From the NCBI GenBank assembly GCA_038139415.1, contig JAYOSV010000004.1, positions 6,233 to 70,232 on the forward strand: DNA of 64,000 nucleotides, read 5' to 3'. The notes below the pieces were generated by a model, which was not told where the DNA came from, did not search any database, and saw only the letters and a program-made list of their open reading frames with translations. The translations under genes were made by a program, and so were the position numbers. This DNA comes from Verrucomicrobiales bacterium. GTDB lineage: Bacteria; Verrucomicrobiota; Verrucomicrobiia; Limisphaerales; UBA1100. Below, one piece after another: positions 10,735 to 20,643 of this stretch. Positions within the stretch are counted from its first letter, which is position 1; each line of letters opens with the position of its first letter.

Positions 10735-10785
10735 ACTTGCCTCCGGACCGCATCACGCGAAAGCTGCGCCCGATCAATTTACCCT

Positions 10786-12165
10786 ATGAAAAAACTCATC
10801 CTCACCTTTGCGATGATTTGCCTCGGGCTAACGCTTGATGCGAAACAGAAGCCCAACTTCATTTTCATCATGGTTGATGACGCCGGCTACGGTGACTTTA
10901 GTTGTTACGGGCAAAAACTGTTCAAGACCCCGAACATCGATCGCATGGCCGCCGCCGGCATGAAGTTTACCCAACACTACGCTGGCAGCACCGTGTGCGC
11001 CCCCACGCGCTGCAGCTTGTTGAACGGCGTGCACACCGGCCACGCTTTTGTGCGCGGCAATCGCGAGGTGCAGCCCGAAGGGCAGGCGCCGATTCCCGCC
11101 GATCTCATCACCATCCCCAAGCTGTTGAAGGAAGCCGGCTACACGACCGGGATGTTTGGCAAATGGGGCCTCGGCGCGCCCGGTTCCAGCGGCGATCCGG
11201 TAAATCAAGGCTGGGATGAGTTTTACGGCTACAATTGCCAACGGCAGGCGCACACCTTTTATCCGAAGCACCTTTGGCACAACGACAAGAAGGTGATGCT
11301 TGATGGCGAGACCTACTCGCACGATCTTATCCATGAGCATTCCCTCAAGTTCATCCGCGACAACGCCGAGAGTCCCTTCTTCGCTTACCTGCCCATCACC
11401 ATTCCGCACGCCGCCATGCAATGTCCCGAGGAGGATGTGGCGCCGTTTCGAAAAAAATTCCCGCAGTTCGAGGATCTCATCGGTAAGTACAGCCACGGCA
11501 CGCGCGTGACAAATCCCGTCGCCGCCTTCGCCGGCATGATGACTCGCATGGACCGTGGCATCGGCGAGCTACTGGACCTGCTTAATGAACTGAAGATCGC
11601 CGACAACACCCTCGTGCTATTCACCAGCGACAACGGCCCCCACTATGAGGGCGGCCATAAGCCCGCCTTTTTCGACAGCAACGGCCCGCTGCGCGGCCAC
11701 AAGCGGGACCTCTACGAAGGCGGTATCCGTGTGCCGCTCATCGCCCAGTGGCCCGGCAAGATCAAGGCCGGCAGCGTGAGCGATCATCAATGCGCACACT
11801 GGGATCTTATGCCCACCCTGTGCGAACTGGCCGGCATCGATACCCCGAAGCACACCGACGGAATATCCTACGTGCCCACCCTGACCGGCGCCGACAAGCA
11901 ACGCGCCCACCGCTATCTCTATTGGGAATTTCATTCCTATGGCAACACCCAAGCCATCCGCATGGGTGACTGGAAAGCGCTTCGCTTCAAAGTGCGCGAC
12001 AACCCCGATGCCCCCATCGCTCTCTACAACCTCAAGACCGATATCGGAGAAACCAAAAACATCGCCGACCAACATCCGGACATTGTCAAACGTATCGCTC
12101 CCCTCTTCCGTGAGGCTCACACCCCCTCAGAGAATTTCCCGCTATTCGGTCGGAAGCAAAAATAG
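10786..12165 (+). CDS. Formylglycine-dependent sulfatase (arylsulfatase A family)
   Basis: 459 aa. Signal peptide, FIFIMVDDAGYGD, and the CxPxR motif in STVCAPTRCSLLNG. Confidence 0.9.
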   Translation: MKKLILTFAMICLGLTLDAKQKPNFIFIMVDDAGYGDFSCYGQKLFKTPNIDRMAAAGMKFTQHYAGSTVCAPTRCSLLNGVHTGHAFVRGNREVQPEGQAPIPADLITIPKLLKEAGYTTGMFGKWGLGAPGSSGDPVNQGWDEFYGYNCQRQAHTFYPKHLWHNDKKVMLDGETYSHDLIHEHSLKFIRDNAESPFFAYLPITIPHAAMQCPEEDVAPFRKKFPQFEDLIGKYSHGTRVTNPVAAFAGMMTRMDRGIGELLDLLNELKIADNTLVLFTSDNGPHYEGGHKPAFFDSNGPLRGHKRDLYEGGIRVPLIAQWPGKIKAGSVSDHQCAHWDLMPTLCELAGIDTPKHTDGISYVPTLTGADKQRAHRYLYWEFHSYGNTQAIRMGDWKALRFKVRDNPDAPIALYNLKTDIGETKNIADQHPDIVKRIAPLFREAHTPSENFPLFGRKQK

Positions 12166-12172
12166 AACGCCC

Positions 12173-12979
12173 TTGAACCCCATCCACGATCACAATCGCG
12201 CGGCGTGGGATGCGCGCGTGCAGGATGGCAAACGCTTTACACGCGCGGCCATGGATGACGAAATGGATCGGCCACTGGAGATCCTGGATCCGCTCGGCTG
12301 GCTCGGGGGCGACATCACCGATAAACGCATTCTTTGCCTTGGCGCCGGTGGCGGTCGGCACGGCCCCATGCTCGCCAACGCGGGCGCGCGCGTGACCGTC
12401 GTGGATATCAGCCCCGAAATGCTGCGACTCGACCAGGAGCTGGCGGAGGCCCGCGGGTTACAGGTCGAAACCATCGAGACCTCCATCGACGATCTCTCCA
12501 TGCTCGCTGAGGCCGAGTACGAAGCGGTCATGCAACCGGTGAGCACCTGTTACGTGCCGGACATTCGCCTCGCCTACCGCGAGCTCGCCCGAGTGATGCA
12601 GCCAGGCGGTGTCTACATCAGCCGCCACAAACAACCCACCAACCTACAGATCGATCTCGCCCCCACCCCGGCTGGGTTCGTGATCGACACCCCTTACTAT
12701 CACGAAGGCCCCCTCTCGCCCGCCAAGCGCCCCGGCCCTCATCGCGAACAGGGCACCATGGAATTCCTCCACCGCTGGGGCGATCTCCTCGGCGGTCTGT
12801 GCGAAGCCGGCTTCACCATCGAGGCCGTCACCGAACCTAAATTTGGCGATCCGTCTGCCACCCCCGGCAGCTTCGAATACCGCGGCCACCACCTCGCCCC
12901 CTACATCCAACTCCGCGCCCGACGCACCGAGAAACCCTCCGCCACTGAGACACTCTGGACGCCAGCCTGCCCCCAATAG
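12173..12979 (+). CDS. Class I SAM-dependent methyltransferase
   Basis: SAM-binding motif ILCLGAGGGRHGPMLANAGARVTVVDISPEML. Start placed at TTG 12173 (MNPIHDHNRAAWD), just after the sulfatase stop, because the annotated ATG at 11939 overlaps the sulfatase by 227 nt. Confidence 0.8.
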   Translation: MNPIHDHNRAAWDARVQDGKRFTRAAMDDEMDRPLEILDPLGWLGGDITDKRILCLGAGGGRHGPMLANAGARVTVVDISPEMLRLDQELAEARGLQVETIETSIDDLSMLAEAEYEAVMQPVSTCYVPDIRLAYRELARVMQPGGVYISRHKQPTNLQIDLAPTPAGFVIDTPYYHEGPLSPAKRPGPHREQGTMEFLHRWGDLLGGLCEAGFTIEAVTEPKFGDPSATPGSFEYRGHHLAPYIQLRARRTEKPSATETLWTPACPQ

Positions 12980-13003
12980 ATCGCTGGTTTTAAAGAATTT
13001 TTG

Positions 13004-13056
13004 AAAAAAAATCGGAGAGGCGGACGCCGTTCGGCCTGTCAAGCCAACCCCCTCCG
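13004..13056 (-). terminator. Rho-independent terminator (minus strand)
   Basis: On the minus strand, CGGAGGGG (plus-strand 13049-13056) pairs with CCTCTCCG (plus-strand 13013-20), including one G-U pair that only forms in the minus-strand RNA. A GC-rich inner hairpin follows, then A plus eight T (plus-strand A-run 13004-13011). Confidence 0.65.
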
Positions 13057-13419
13057 GAGGGCTGCGGCAAATTGAAAGCGGCGGAACCAAGCTGCGAGAT
13101 GCTTGTAGCAGTTATGAGAGAGGTGAAAACTCTCAACAAGGAAGAGCCACCTGAGGCTTTGCTCCCTTACAGCTCAGTTCCGCCGTCACCGATCATCAGC
13201 TGTTTTAGACGCAACGGCCGACAAACGGTTTGGTGTCTGTGTTTAGTAACATGCCGGAAAGGGGGTCCTGTCCATGCCGGCAAAATAATATTCCACTCAA
13301 TAGAGGGAAAATCAAATTAGATAAGCTTATTTTCTTGGAGTCGGGTTAGCTGGTTAGTCATGAACAAGGCGGCCTGCTTAAAGGCCGCCTGATTGATAAT
13401 CAGAAAAATAAAACTATTT

Positions 13420-13773
13420 CTACTGAGATTTTTTCTGCCTCGCTGCACGTTGCTCGGCTTGATATTTCCACCAGACCTTGAGTTGATCTTGGTTAAACAG
13501 CTCCTTGATTTTCGCAGTGCGCGCCTTGTAGAAAGGCTGTCCGGCAGTCTTTTTCTCTTCGGTAGATCGTTTCTTTTGTTCCGCCATGAATGCTGACTGC
13601 TCCTTCTGGAGAGCCTGAAATTTAGGCTTTTGTACATCAGTTAATTTAAGATCGGCGAGCAGTTGTTGGTAGGCTGGATTGATCTTGGCTCCCTTGCCTT
13701 TTTTCGGTTTATCCTCAGCGGAAACATTCATAGCCATTAAGGCTGCTGCTACGAGTGTGATGAATTTTTTCAT
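13420..13773 (-). CDS. Small secreted Spy/CpxP-like (LTXXQ-motif) periplasmic protein
   Basis: 117 aa. Signal peptide MKKFITLVAAALMAMNVSA, Lys-rich helical body, LTDVQ and FNQDQ motifs. Paralogous to 13909..14247. Confidence 0.55.
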   Translation of the reverse strand: MKKFITLVAAALMAMNVSAEDKPKKGKGAKINPAYQQLLADLKLTDVQKPKFQALQKEQSAFMAEQKKRSTEEKKTAGQPFYKARTAKIKELFNQDQLKVWWKYQAEQRAARQKKSQ

Positions 13774-13847
13774 AAAATAAATGATATATGGTTAACGGGT
13801 TGTTTGTGAAAGAGAATCGTGCGCATGAATGCCGACTTGCGCAAGTT

Positions 13848-13880
13848 GAAATAGAAAAAGGCGGCCAATAAAGGCCGCCC
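13848..13880 (-). terminator. Rho-independent terminator (minus strand)
   Basis: GGCGGCC (13860-66), loop aataaa, GGCCGCC (13873-79). On the minus strand it is followed by TTTTTCTATTT. Lies 30 nt downstream of the stop of 13909..14247. Confidence 0.65.
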
Positions 13881-13908
13881 TGAATGATTTGCCTAGTAGA
13901 CGTTCGTC

Positions 13909-14247
13909 CTATTCAGGCTTCTTTTTGCCTTTGCCGGCGCCGCGACGCTTTGCCATCAGTTCCTTGAGCTTGGCTTGCTGTTCTTCGTTTAGAATCTCAG
14001 CAACGGCTGCCTGGCGTTCTTTTTGGATGTCCTTCATCTTGGCTTTCCGCTCTTCTTGAGACAGACCCTTTACCTTATCGGCGAATTTTTTATTTAGCTC
14101 GCGCATTTTAGCCGTCTGTTCTTTTGACAGCCCTAGCTCCTTCATAAGGCCTTGGCGTCCACCTTTCTTAGGTGCTTCTTTTTTGTCTTCAGCCGCAACA
14201 TTCAGGGCCAGCATAGCGGCCGCGGCGATCATAATGAGTTTTTTCAT
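13909..14247 (-). CDS. Small secreted Spy/CpxP-like (LTXXQ-motif) periplasmic protein
   Basis: 112 aa. Signal peptide MKKLIMIAAAAMLALNVAA, LSKEQ and LNEEQ motifs, Lys-rich helices. Confidence 0.55.
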   Translation of the reverse strand: MKKLIMIAAAAMLALNVAAEDKKEAPKKGGRQGLMKELGLSKEQTAKMRELNKKFADKVKGLSQEERKAKMKDIQKERQAAVAEILNEEQQAKLKELMAKRRGAGKGKKKPE

Positions 14248-14342
14248 GATACTAGTTTCTGTGTTTTTTTTGGTTAATCAGTTAAGGGGGCGCAAATCTT
14301 GCGTGGGAGGATGCAGACGTACAAGGGCAAAAATAGGTTACA

Positions 14343-15191
14343 CTAGACTATGGCTACGGGGTTTTCTAAGGTACCAATGCCTGAGATGGTGATACGGATG
14401 CGGTCCTCGGCGGCGAGGGTGAACTCATCACCCGGCACCACGCCCGTGCCGGTAAGCAGCATGGCTCCATGGGGGAAACTCTGGGAGCGGCCGAGGTAAT
14501 CGAGTAGTTCGTCGAAGGTGCGTTTGATGTTGTTGATGCTGGTTTCGCCGCTGAACACGGTCTCGCCGCCGCGGATGATTTCCACGCCAATGGTCCATTG
14601 GCGGATGGCGGCCTCGTCGGCACCGGTGACAATGCAGGGGCCGACGGCGCAGGCGCGCTCGTACATTTTGGCTTGCGGCAGGTAGAGAAGATTCTCGCCT
14701 TCAATATCGCGCGAGCTCATGTCGTTGCCGATGGACACGCCCACGAGTTCCTTGTGGGAATTGACCACTAACGTCAGTTCGGGTTCGGGGACATTCCAAG
14801 TGGCGTCCGCACGGATGCCCACGGGCTCGCCGGGGTGCACGACTTTTTCGGGGAGCGATTTGAAAAAGATTTCCGGGCGCGGCGCATCGTACACCTGATC
14901 GTAGGCGTTGGCGCTAAAGTCGCTCTCTTCCATGCGCGCTTTTTTGCTGCGCAGATAGGTGACGCCCGCCGCCCAGACTTCTTGGCGTTCCACCGGCGCG
15001 AGCAGTGAAACTTCGGTCAGAGGCACGGAGGGCGCCTCCGCGGCTTCGGCTTGCGCGAGGGCTTCGGCGTCTTCCAGCAAAGCGGTTAACGACTCGAATC
15101 CCACGGCCGTGAGGTCGGCCACGGTTTCGTCCTCCTGCAGTCGGCCGATGCGTACGGCGCCTTCGGCGGTTTTGAAACGACAGAGTTTCAC
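14343..15191 (-). CDS. Fumarylacetoacetate hydrolase (FAH) family protein
   Basis: 282 aa. Typical FAH-family core (PEPELTLVVN...GNDMSSRDIEGENLLYLPQAK...LLTGTG). Confidence 0.85.
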   Translation of the reverse strand: MKLCRFKTAEGAVRIGRLQEDETVADLTAVGFESLTALLEDAEALAQAEAAEAPSVPLTEVSLLAPVERQEVWAAGVTYLRSKKARMEESDFSANAYDQVYDAPRPEIFFKSLPEKVVHPGEPVGIRADATWNVPEPELTLVVNSHKELVGVSIGNDMSSRDIEGENLLYLPQAKMYERACAVGPCIVTGADEAAIRQWTIGVEIIRGGETVFSGETSINNIKRTFDELLDYLGRSQSFPHGAMLLTGTGVVPGDEFTLAAEDRIRITISGIGTLENPVAIV

Positions 15192-15192
15192 G

Positions 15193-16650
15193 TTAGGCGG
15201 AGTAATCGAGGTACACGGACTTCACGCGAGTGTAGAAGTCGATGGCGGATTGGCCCTGCTCCTTGAAGCTGTTGGTGCTGGAATGTTTCACGCCGCCGAA
15301 AGGCACCTGCAGGGCGAGGCCGGTGGAGATCTGGTTGATCTTCACGACACCGGCCTCAATACGGTCGGTGTAACGCATGGCCTTATTGATGTCGCGGGTG
15401 ACGATCGATGCGCTGAGGCCAAACTCGATATCGTTGGCCAACGCGACGGCTTCATCGAAATCTCCGGCTTTCACCACACTGATGGCGGGGCCAAAGACTT
15501 CCTCCTGCGCGATACGCATGTCGTTCTTCACATTGCCGATTACCGCGGGGCTGATGAAATGACCGTGCTCCAGATCGCCGTCGGTGAGGCGTTCGCCGCC
15601 CCATAACACCTCGGCGCCTTCGTCCTTGGCGATTTGCAGGTAGTCCAGAGTGCTCTCGAGTTCGGAGGCGCACACGGCCGGCCCCATGGTCACGCCGTCA
15701 TGCAGGCCGTTGCCCACCTTGCGGGCTTGGGCTTCCGCGATCAGTTTTTCGGTAAATTCATCGGCTACACTTTCCTCAACAATCGCGCGGCTGGTGGCGG
15801 TGCACACCTGACCGGTCATCATGTAACCGGCCATGGCCACGAGCTTGGCGGCATGATCGAGATCGGCATCGGCTAACACGATGGTGGGGTTCTTGCCCCC
15901 CATCTCCATTTGCGCGCGGGCCATGCGCGGGGCGAGTTGTTGGTAAATGCCGCTGCCGACCGAGTGCGAGCCGGTGAAGGACAAGGCTTGCACGGCGGCA
16001 TTGGTGGCCAGTTCGTCGCCGACCTCTTTACCGCTGCCGACCACAACATTGAGTACGCCCTTAGGTAGACCTGCTTCGTCGAAGGCCTTGGCAATTTCCA
16101 TGGTCATCGCCGGCGCGAGTGAGGCGGGCTTAAGGATCACGGTGTTGCCGCTCACCAAGGCGGGGGCCAGTTTCCATGCCGGAAGGGCGATGGGGAAATT
16201 CCACGGGGTGATCAACGCCACCACGCCGAGCGGCTCGCGCTTGGTGTAGAGCATGTTATTCGGTAGATCATGAGGCACGACCTGCCCGCCGATGGTGTAG
16301 GAGAGCCCGGCCATGAACCTGAAAATATCGACAGTGCGGCCTACTTCCATGCCGGCCTCGATCTTGGTTTTGCCTTCCTCACGGCACAACAACTCGGCGA
16401 GCTCACCTTGACGGCTGGCGAGGATGTTGGCTACGGCCGAGAGAATCTTGCCGCGTGCCGGGGGCGTAGTGTCGCGCCAGCCGGGGAACGCTGCCTGCGC
16501 GGCTTCTACGGCCGCTTGAGCATCGGTCGTGCCGCCCTTGGCGTATTCGGCCACGGCCTCGCGGGTATCGGCCGGATTGTGGTTGGTGAAGGTGTCGCCG
16601 GATGCGGCGGGCACCCATTCGCCGTTAATGAAATTTTGATACTGTTTCAT
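15193..16650 (-). CDS. NAD(P)+-dependent aldehyde dehydrogenase (semialdehyde dehydrogenase-like)
   Basis: Start at the internal Met (MKQYQNFINGEWV). ALDH motifs FTGS, EMGGKNP and the catalytic-Cys region GQVCTATSR. Stop lies 2 nt from the FAH start, suggesting an operon. Confidence 0.9.
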   Translation of the reverse strand: MKQYQNFINGEWVPAASGDTFTNHNPADTREAVAEYAKGGTTDAQAAVEAAQAAFPGWRDTTPPARGKILSAVANILASRQGELAELLCREEGKTKIEAGMEVGRTVDIFRFMAGLSYTIGGQVVPHDLPNNMLYTKREPLGVVALITPWNFPIALPAWKLAPALVSGNTVILKPASLAPAMTMEIAKAFDEAGLPKGVLNVVVGSGKEVGDELATNAAVQALSFTGSHSVGSGIYQQLAPRMARAQMEMGGKNPTIVLADADLDHAAKLVAMAGYMMTGQVCTATSRAIVEESVADEFTEKLIAEAQARKVGNGLHDGVTMGPAVCASELESTLDYLQIAKDEGAEVLWGGERLTDGDLEHGHFISPAVIGNVKNDMRIAQEEVFGPAISVVKAGDFDEAVALANDIEFGLSASIVTRDINKAMRYTDRIEAGVVKINQISTGLALQVPFGGVKHSSTNSFKEQGQSAIDFYTRVKSVYLDYSA

Positions 16651-16762
16651 GCTATGAAATTTGGAGCGAGCGGCGAGTGTGCCGCAGGCTGCGGGGAGGG
16701 GCAAGTTTCACCTTGCCCGAGATTTGGGATGAAATGGGACGAGGAGGAACTCGTCTCTCCCG

Positions 16763-17104
16763 TTAGATCAGCGCGTCGGCCTTGGCGGCGAAGATGAAAT
16801 CGGCCTCGTTCAGGCCATCGATCTTGTGCGTCCAAACGGTGATCTTCACTTTGCCCCAGGCGAGGTAGATATCCGGGTGATGAAAAATCTCCTCGGCTAG
16901 GGCCCCGACTTGGTTGGTGAACGCCAGGGCATCTGCGAAATTCTTGAACGTGTATTCCTTCTCCAGATGATGGTTCTCAATCACCTCCCAACCATTGCCC
17001 AGCTGCGCGTGCAGTGCGTTGAGTTCCTCGCCGACCAGAGGCGGCACACCGCCTTGGCAGGGTTTACATTCGCGTTCGGACAGGCTGCAGGATGCGTCAC
17101 TCAT
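16763..17104 (-). CDS. Pterin-4-alpha-carbinolamine dehydratase (PCD/DCoH)
   Basis: Core motif HHPDIYLAWGKVKITVWTHKIDGL. Start at Met18 of the ORF (MSDASCSL). Overlaps the upstream BASS gene by 8 nt. Confidence 0.9.
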   Translation of the reverse strand: MSDASCSLSERECKPCQGGVPPLVGEELNALHAQLGNGWEVIENHHLEKEYTFKNFADALAFTNQVGALAEEIFHHPDIYLAWGKVKITVWTHKIDGLNEADFIFAAKADALI

Positions 17105-18065
17105 GGTTGGGCTCCAGCGTAGCGGTCTCCGTCTCGATTGCCAGTTTTTCCGCATCCCGCCGCCACAGGGCCGCTAGGAAACTTCCGAGGATACAGTGCA
17201 TGATCGCCGAGATGGCGCAAGGGGTGGCAGTGGAGGGCGTGAAATGTTTCACGGCCAGCGCGCTACCTAGACCGCTGTTTTGCATGCCCACCTCAATGGC
17301 CATGGTGCGCCGGATGCGTTCCTCAAATCCGAACACGCGCGGGATCCCGTATCCCAGAGCGAAGGCGCCGGTGTGCATGAGCGTGACGGCCATGAGGAGG
17401 ATCCCGCCGACCTCGCGGATTTCCGCTGAGCGCTGGCCCAGAATGCTCGCCACGATCAGGACGATGGCGATCACCGCGACCAAGGGGGCGACCGGTTTCA
17501 CGCGTTCGACCGCACGAGGGGCGTAGTGGTTGAGCGCCATGCCGATGAGAATGGGCAGCAGCACAATCTGCACGGTACTCTTGAACAGAGCCATCGCGTC
17601 CACCGGGACATATTTGCCGGCCAACCACTGGGTGAGCACCGGCGTGAGCACGATGGCGGCGAAGGTGCTGCACATGGTCATCAACACGGACAACGCAACG
17701 TGCGCTCGGGCGATGTACACCACCACATTGGAGGCCGTGCCGCCGGGGCAACAGGACACGAGGATCAGTCCCACCGCAAATTCATTGGGCAACTGCAGCG
17801 CCGTGGCGATGGTCCAGCCCATGAACGGCATGATGCAAAACTGGGCAAAGACCCCGAGGGCCACCGGCTTGGGAGTGCGGGTCACCTTGCGGAAATCCTC
17901 CAGCGACAAAGTAATGCCCATGCCTAGCATGATCACCGCCAGTCCCCACACGATTAGCGGCCCCTTGAACCACGTGAACCACTCCGGTTGAAACAACGCC
18001 AACACGCCGCACAGAGTGACCCAGAGCGGGAATAGGTTGGTGAGTTGATTGAGGACGCGGTTCAT
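17097..18065 (-). CDS. Bile acid:sodium symporter (BASS) family transporter
   Basis: Start at the internal Met (MNRVLNQLTNLFPLWV). Polytopic, with BASS-like segments CCPGGTASNVVVY and GMQNSGLG. Confidence 0.85.
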   Translation of the reverse strand: MNRVLNQLTNLFPLWVTLCGVLALFQPEWFTWFKGPLIVWGLAVIMLGMGITLSLEDFRKVTRTPKPVALGVFAQFCIMPFMGWTIATALQLPNEFAVGLILVSCCPGGTASNVVVYIARAHVALSVLMTMCSTFAAIVLTPVLTQWLAGKYVPVDAMALFKSTVQIVLLPILIGMALNHYAPRAVERVKPVAPLVAVIAIVLIVASILGQRSAEIREVGGILLMAVTLMHTGAFALGYGIPRVFGFEERIRRTMAIEVGMQNSGLGSALAVKHFTPSTATPCAISAIMHCILGSFLAALWRRDAEKLAIETETATLEPNHE

Positions 18066-18110
18066 TGGCTGGTGGAGGCTTGAGTTGCCGGGCGGGAGAG
18101 GTAGAATGCC

Positions 18111-18557
18111 ATGCCGCACATGGTCGAGCCAGAAAAACACAGGATCTTATATGACGACGAGTGCTGGATGTGCACCTTCCAGATGCGAATGTTGACGTGG
18201 CTGGACTGGTGCGATGTGGCACGCCTGTCGCCGGTGTCCGATCCAGCGACGCTGCAGCTGGTGCCGGGTTTGAACCGACAGGATTTGCTGGAGGCCATTC
18301 ACTGCGTGTCGCGTGAGGGCGCAGTGCTGCGCGGGGCGCGGGCCCTGCGGTTTATTGGTTTGCGGATGCCGCTGCTGGTGCCGATGGCGCTGGTATTGTG
18401 GGTGCCTGGGGTCATCTGGGTGGCCGAGCGGGTTTACTCATGGGTTAGCCGAAACCGTCATTTATTGAGCAGGATTTTTGGCTGCAAAGACGCCTGTGCG
18501 ATCATGCCGCAGCGTGAGCGCGAGGGCGAAATAGCCACGAAACCATCGGAAAAATAA
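18111..18557 (+). CDS. DCC-family thiol-disulfide oxidoreductase (DUF393)
   Basis: 148 aa. N-terminal ILYDDECWMC (CxxC) motif typical of the DCC1-like family. Confidence 0.75.
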   Translation: MPHMVEPEKHRILYDDECWMCTFQMRMLTWLDWCDVARLSPVSDPATLQLVPGLNRQDLLEAIHCVSREGAVLRGARALRFIGLRMPLLVPMALVLWVPGVIWVAERVYSWVSRNRHLLSRIFGCKDACAIMPQREREGEIATKPSEK

Positions 18558-18625
18558 TCCATTTCGCACTTGCCTTGGGCTTGGCTCCTGCTATTTTCCA
18601 CGGCCCGCTTTACTGGATTTAAAAA

Positions 18626-18910
18626 ATGAAAAAGGACATTCATCCCGAGAATTATCGCCCCGTGATTTTCCGCGACACGACCACGGGTGATGAGTATGTC
18701 ACCCGCTCCTGCGCGCCCACCAAGGAAACAGCCGTTTCCGACGGCCAAGAGTACCCGCTTTACTCCATGGGCATCAGCAGCTTTTCGCATCCGTTCTATA
18801 CCGGTCAACAGACCTTCGTGGATACGGCTGGGCGCGTGGACAAATTCCAGCAGCGTGCCGCCAAGGCTAAGGCGATTGCCGAGGCCCGTGCCGCCAAGGC
18901 TAAGAAGTAG
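18626..18910 (+). CDS. rpmE: 50S ribosomal protein L31 (type B, no CxxC zinc motif)
   Basis: 94 aa, MKKDIHPENYRPVIFRD...SHPFYTG. Confidence 0.9.
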   Translation: MKKDIHPENYRPVIFRDTTTGDEYVTRSCAPTKETAVSDGQEYPLYSMGISSFSHPFYTGQQTFVDTAGRVDKFQQRAAKAKAIAEARAAKAKK

Positions 18911-18924
18911 CCATTCTCTTTGAT

Positions 18925-18968
18925 AACCGCCCGCCCGGTCGACGCCGCGGCGGGTGGTTTCTTTTTTC
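18925..18968 (+). terminator. Rho-independent terminator after rpmE
   Basis: AACCGCCCGCC (18925-35) pairs with GGCGGGTGGTT (18949-59), 11 bp with one G-U. Followed by TTTCTTTTTTCC. Confidence 0.6.
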
Positions 18969-18973
18969 CGCCC

Positions 18974-20047
18974 GTGGATCTCCAGCCGCACATCGAGAAA
19001 TTCGCCGCCCGCATGGCCGAGGTGGAACAGGAGCTGGGCGATCCCAAGGTGTTTGAGAACAACCGGCGCGCTCAGGAGCTGGGCCGTGAATACGCACGAC
19101 TTAAGAACCTCGTGGCGCTCGGTGAACGACTACTCAAGGCCAAGGACGAGCTGGAGGAAAACCGCGCCTTGGCCGCCGGCGACGATGCCGAAATGGCCGA
19201 GATGGCGGCGGAGGAAATTCCCCCGCTGGAAGAGGAAATTCCGCGTCTCGAAAAAGAGGTGCAGTTCGGCCTTGTGCCGCCCGATTCCACGGATTCCCGC
19301 AACACGATCGTGGAAATTCGCGCCGGCGCCGGCGGCGATGAAGCGGCGCTGTTCGTGGGCGACCTGTACCGCATGTACACCCATTTTGCGACGGCCCAGG
19401 GCTGGAGCCATGAGCTGATGGAAAGCAACGCTGCGGAAATGGGCGGCTTCCGCGAGGTGATCTTCGCGCTTAACGGCGAGGAAGTGTACAAGCTCATGAA
19501 ATTTGAGAGCGGCGTGCACCGCGTGCAACGCGTGCCGGCCACGGAAGCCAGTGGTCGCATCCATACTAGCACGGTGACCGTGGCGGTGCTGCCCGAGGCC
19601 GAGGAAGTGGATGTGGAGATTGATCCGAACGATTTGGACGTGGATGTCTACCGCTCCAGTGGCCCCGGCGGGCAAAGCGTGAACACCACCGATTCGGCCG
19701 TGCGCCTCACGCACAAGCCCACGGGTTTGGTGGTGACCTGTCAGGATGAGAAATCCCAGCACAAGAATAAAGCGAAGGCCATGAAGGTGCTGCGCTCGCG
19801 CCTGCTGGATCTCCGCATTGCCGAGGAACAGGCCAAGTACGCCGCCGAACGTAAAGCGCAGGTTGGCACCGGCGAACGCAACGAGCGTATCCGCACCTAT
19901 AATTTCCCCCAAAACCGCGTGAGCGATCACCGCATCGAACTCACGCTGCACAGCCTGCCGCAGTTTATGGAAGGCGAGATTATCGAGATGTCACAGTCGC
20001 TTTGGCAACATGATTTGGAAGAGAAACTGAACGCTCTGAAACTATGA
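18974..20047 (+). CDS. prfA: Peptide chain release factor 1
   Basis: GGQ motif ([19 protein letters not shown]) and the RF1-type PxT motif ([14 protein letters not shown]). Start set at in-frame GTG 18974 ([10 protein letters not shown]), downstream of the rpmE terminator. This aligns well with RF1 N-termini. Confidence 0.9.
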   Translation: MDLQPHIEKFAARMAEVEQELGDPKVFENNRRAQELGREYARLKNLVALGERLLKAKDELEENRALAAGDDAEMAEMAAEEIPPLEEEIPRLEKEVQFGLVPPDSTDSRNTIVEIRAGAGGDEAALFVGDLYRMYTHFATAQGWSHELMESNAAEMGGFREVIFALNGEEVYKLMKFESGVHRVQRVPATEASGRIHTSTVTVAVLPEAEEVDVEIDPNDLDVDVYRSSGPGGQSVNTTDSAVRLTHKPTGLVVTCQDEKSQHKNKAKAMKVLRSRLLDLRIAEEQAKYAAERKAQVGTGERNERIRTYNFPQNRVSDHRIELTLHSLPQFMEGEIIEMSQSLWQHDLEEKLNALKL

Positions 20048-20643
20048 CCGATCCAGAAATTCGGGGCCTTATTTTCGATTGCGACGGCACGCTCGTCGAT
20101 ACCATGCCCCTGCACTGGCGGGCGTGGAACAGCGTTTGCAAACGGCACGGCATTGTCTTTCCTGAGGAACGATTCTACGCGCTGGGCGGTGTGCCTTCCG
20201 TGAAGATTCTTCACATGCTCAAGGATGAGCAGGAGCTGGATATGGATCCGGTGGCTGTGTCCCGCGAGAAAGAGGAGGCTTATATCCCGCTGATGCCCGA
20301 GGCCAAGCTTATTGAGCCGATCGCCGCTATTGCGCGCGATGCGCAGGGGTGTTTGCCGATGGCGGTAGCCACCGGCGGCCGCGCCAAATATATCAAGCCG
20401 CTGCTGGAATCGGTCGGCATTCTGGATTGGTTTGGCGCGGTGGTGACTGCGGATGATGTGGAGAACCACAAGCCCGCGCCGGATACCTTCCTGAAGGCGG
20501 CCGCGTTAATTGGTGTGCCGGCTGAAGAATGCCGCGCGTACGAGGATACGGATCTGGGGATGGAAGCTATTCGCGCCGCCGGGATGGAGGCTGTGGATGT
20601 GCGGGCAATTCCCGGGGTGTTGCCAACGCCCGTCGCCTCCTAA
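20044..20643 (+). CDS. HAD-superfamily hydrolase (beta-phosphoglucomutase-like subfamily IA)
   Basis: 199 aa. DxD motif [15 protein letters not shown] overlap with the prfA stop. Confidence 0.85.
   Translation: MTDPEIRGLIFDCDGTLVDTMPLHWRAWNSVCKRHGIVFPEERFYALGGVPSVKILHMLKDEQELDMDPVAVSREKEEAYIPLMPEAKLIEPIAAIARDAQGCLPMAVATGGRAKYIKPLLESVGILDWFGAVVTADDVENHKPAPDTFLKAAALIGVPAEECRAYEDTDLGMEAIRAAGMEAVDVRAIPGVLPTPVAS

Noticed and set aside
11939-12172. N-terminal extension of the methyltransferase ORF overlapping the sulfatase 3' end by 227 nt.
   Set aside because: The extension is low-complexity Pro/Ser/Thr sequence in an alternative frame of a strong gene. A TTG start just after the sulfatase stop gives a homologue-like N-terminus.
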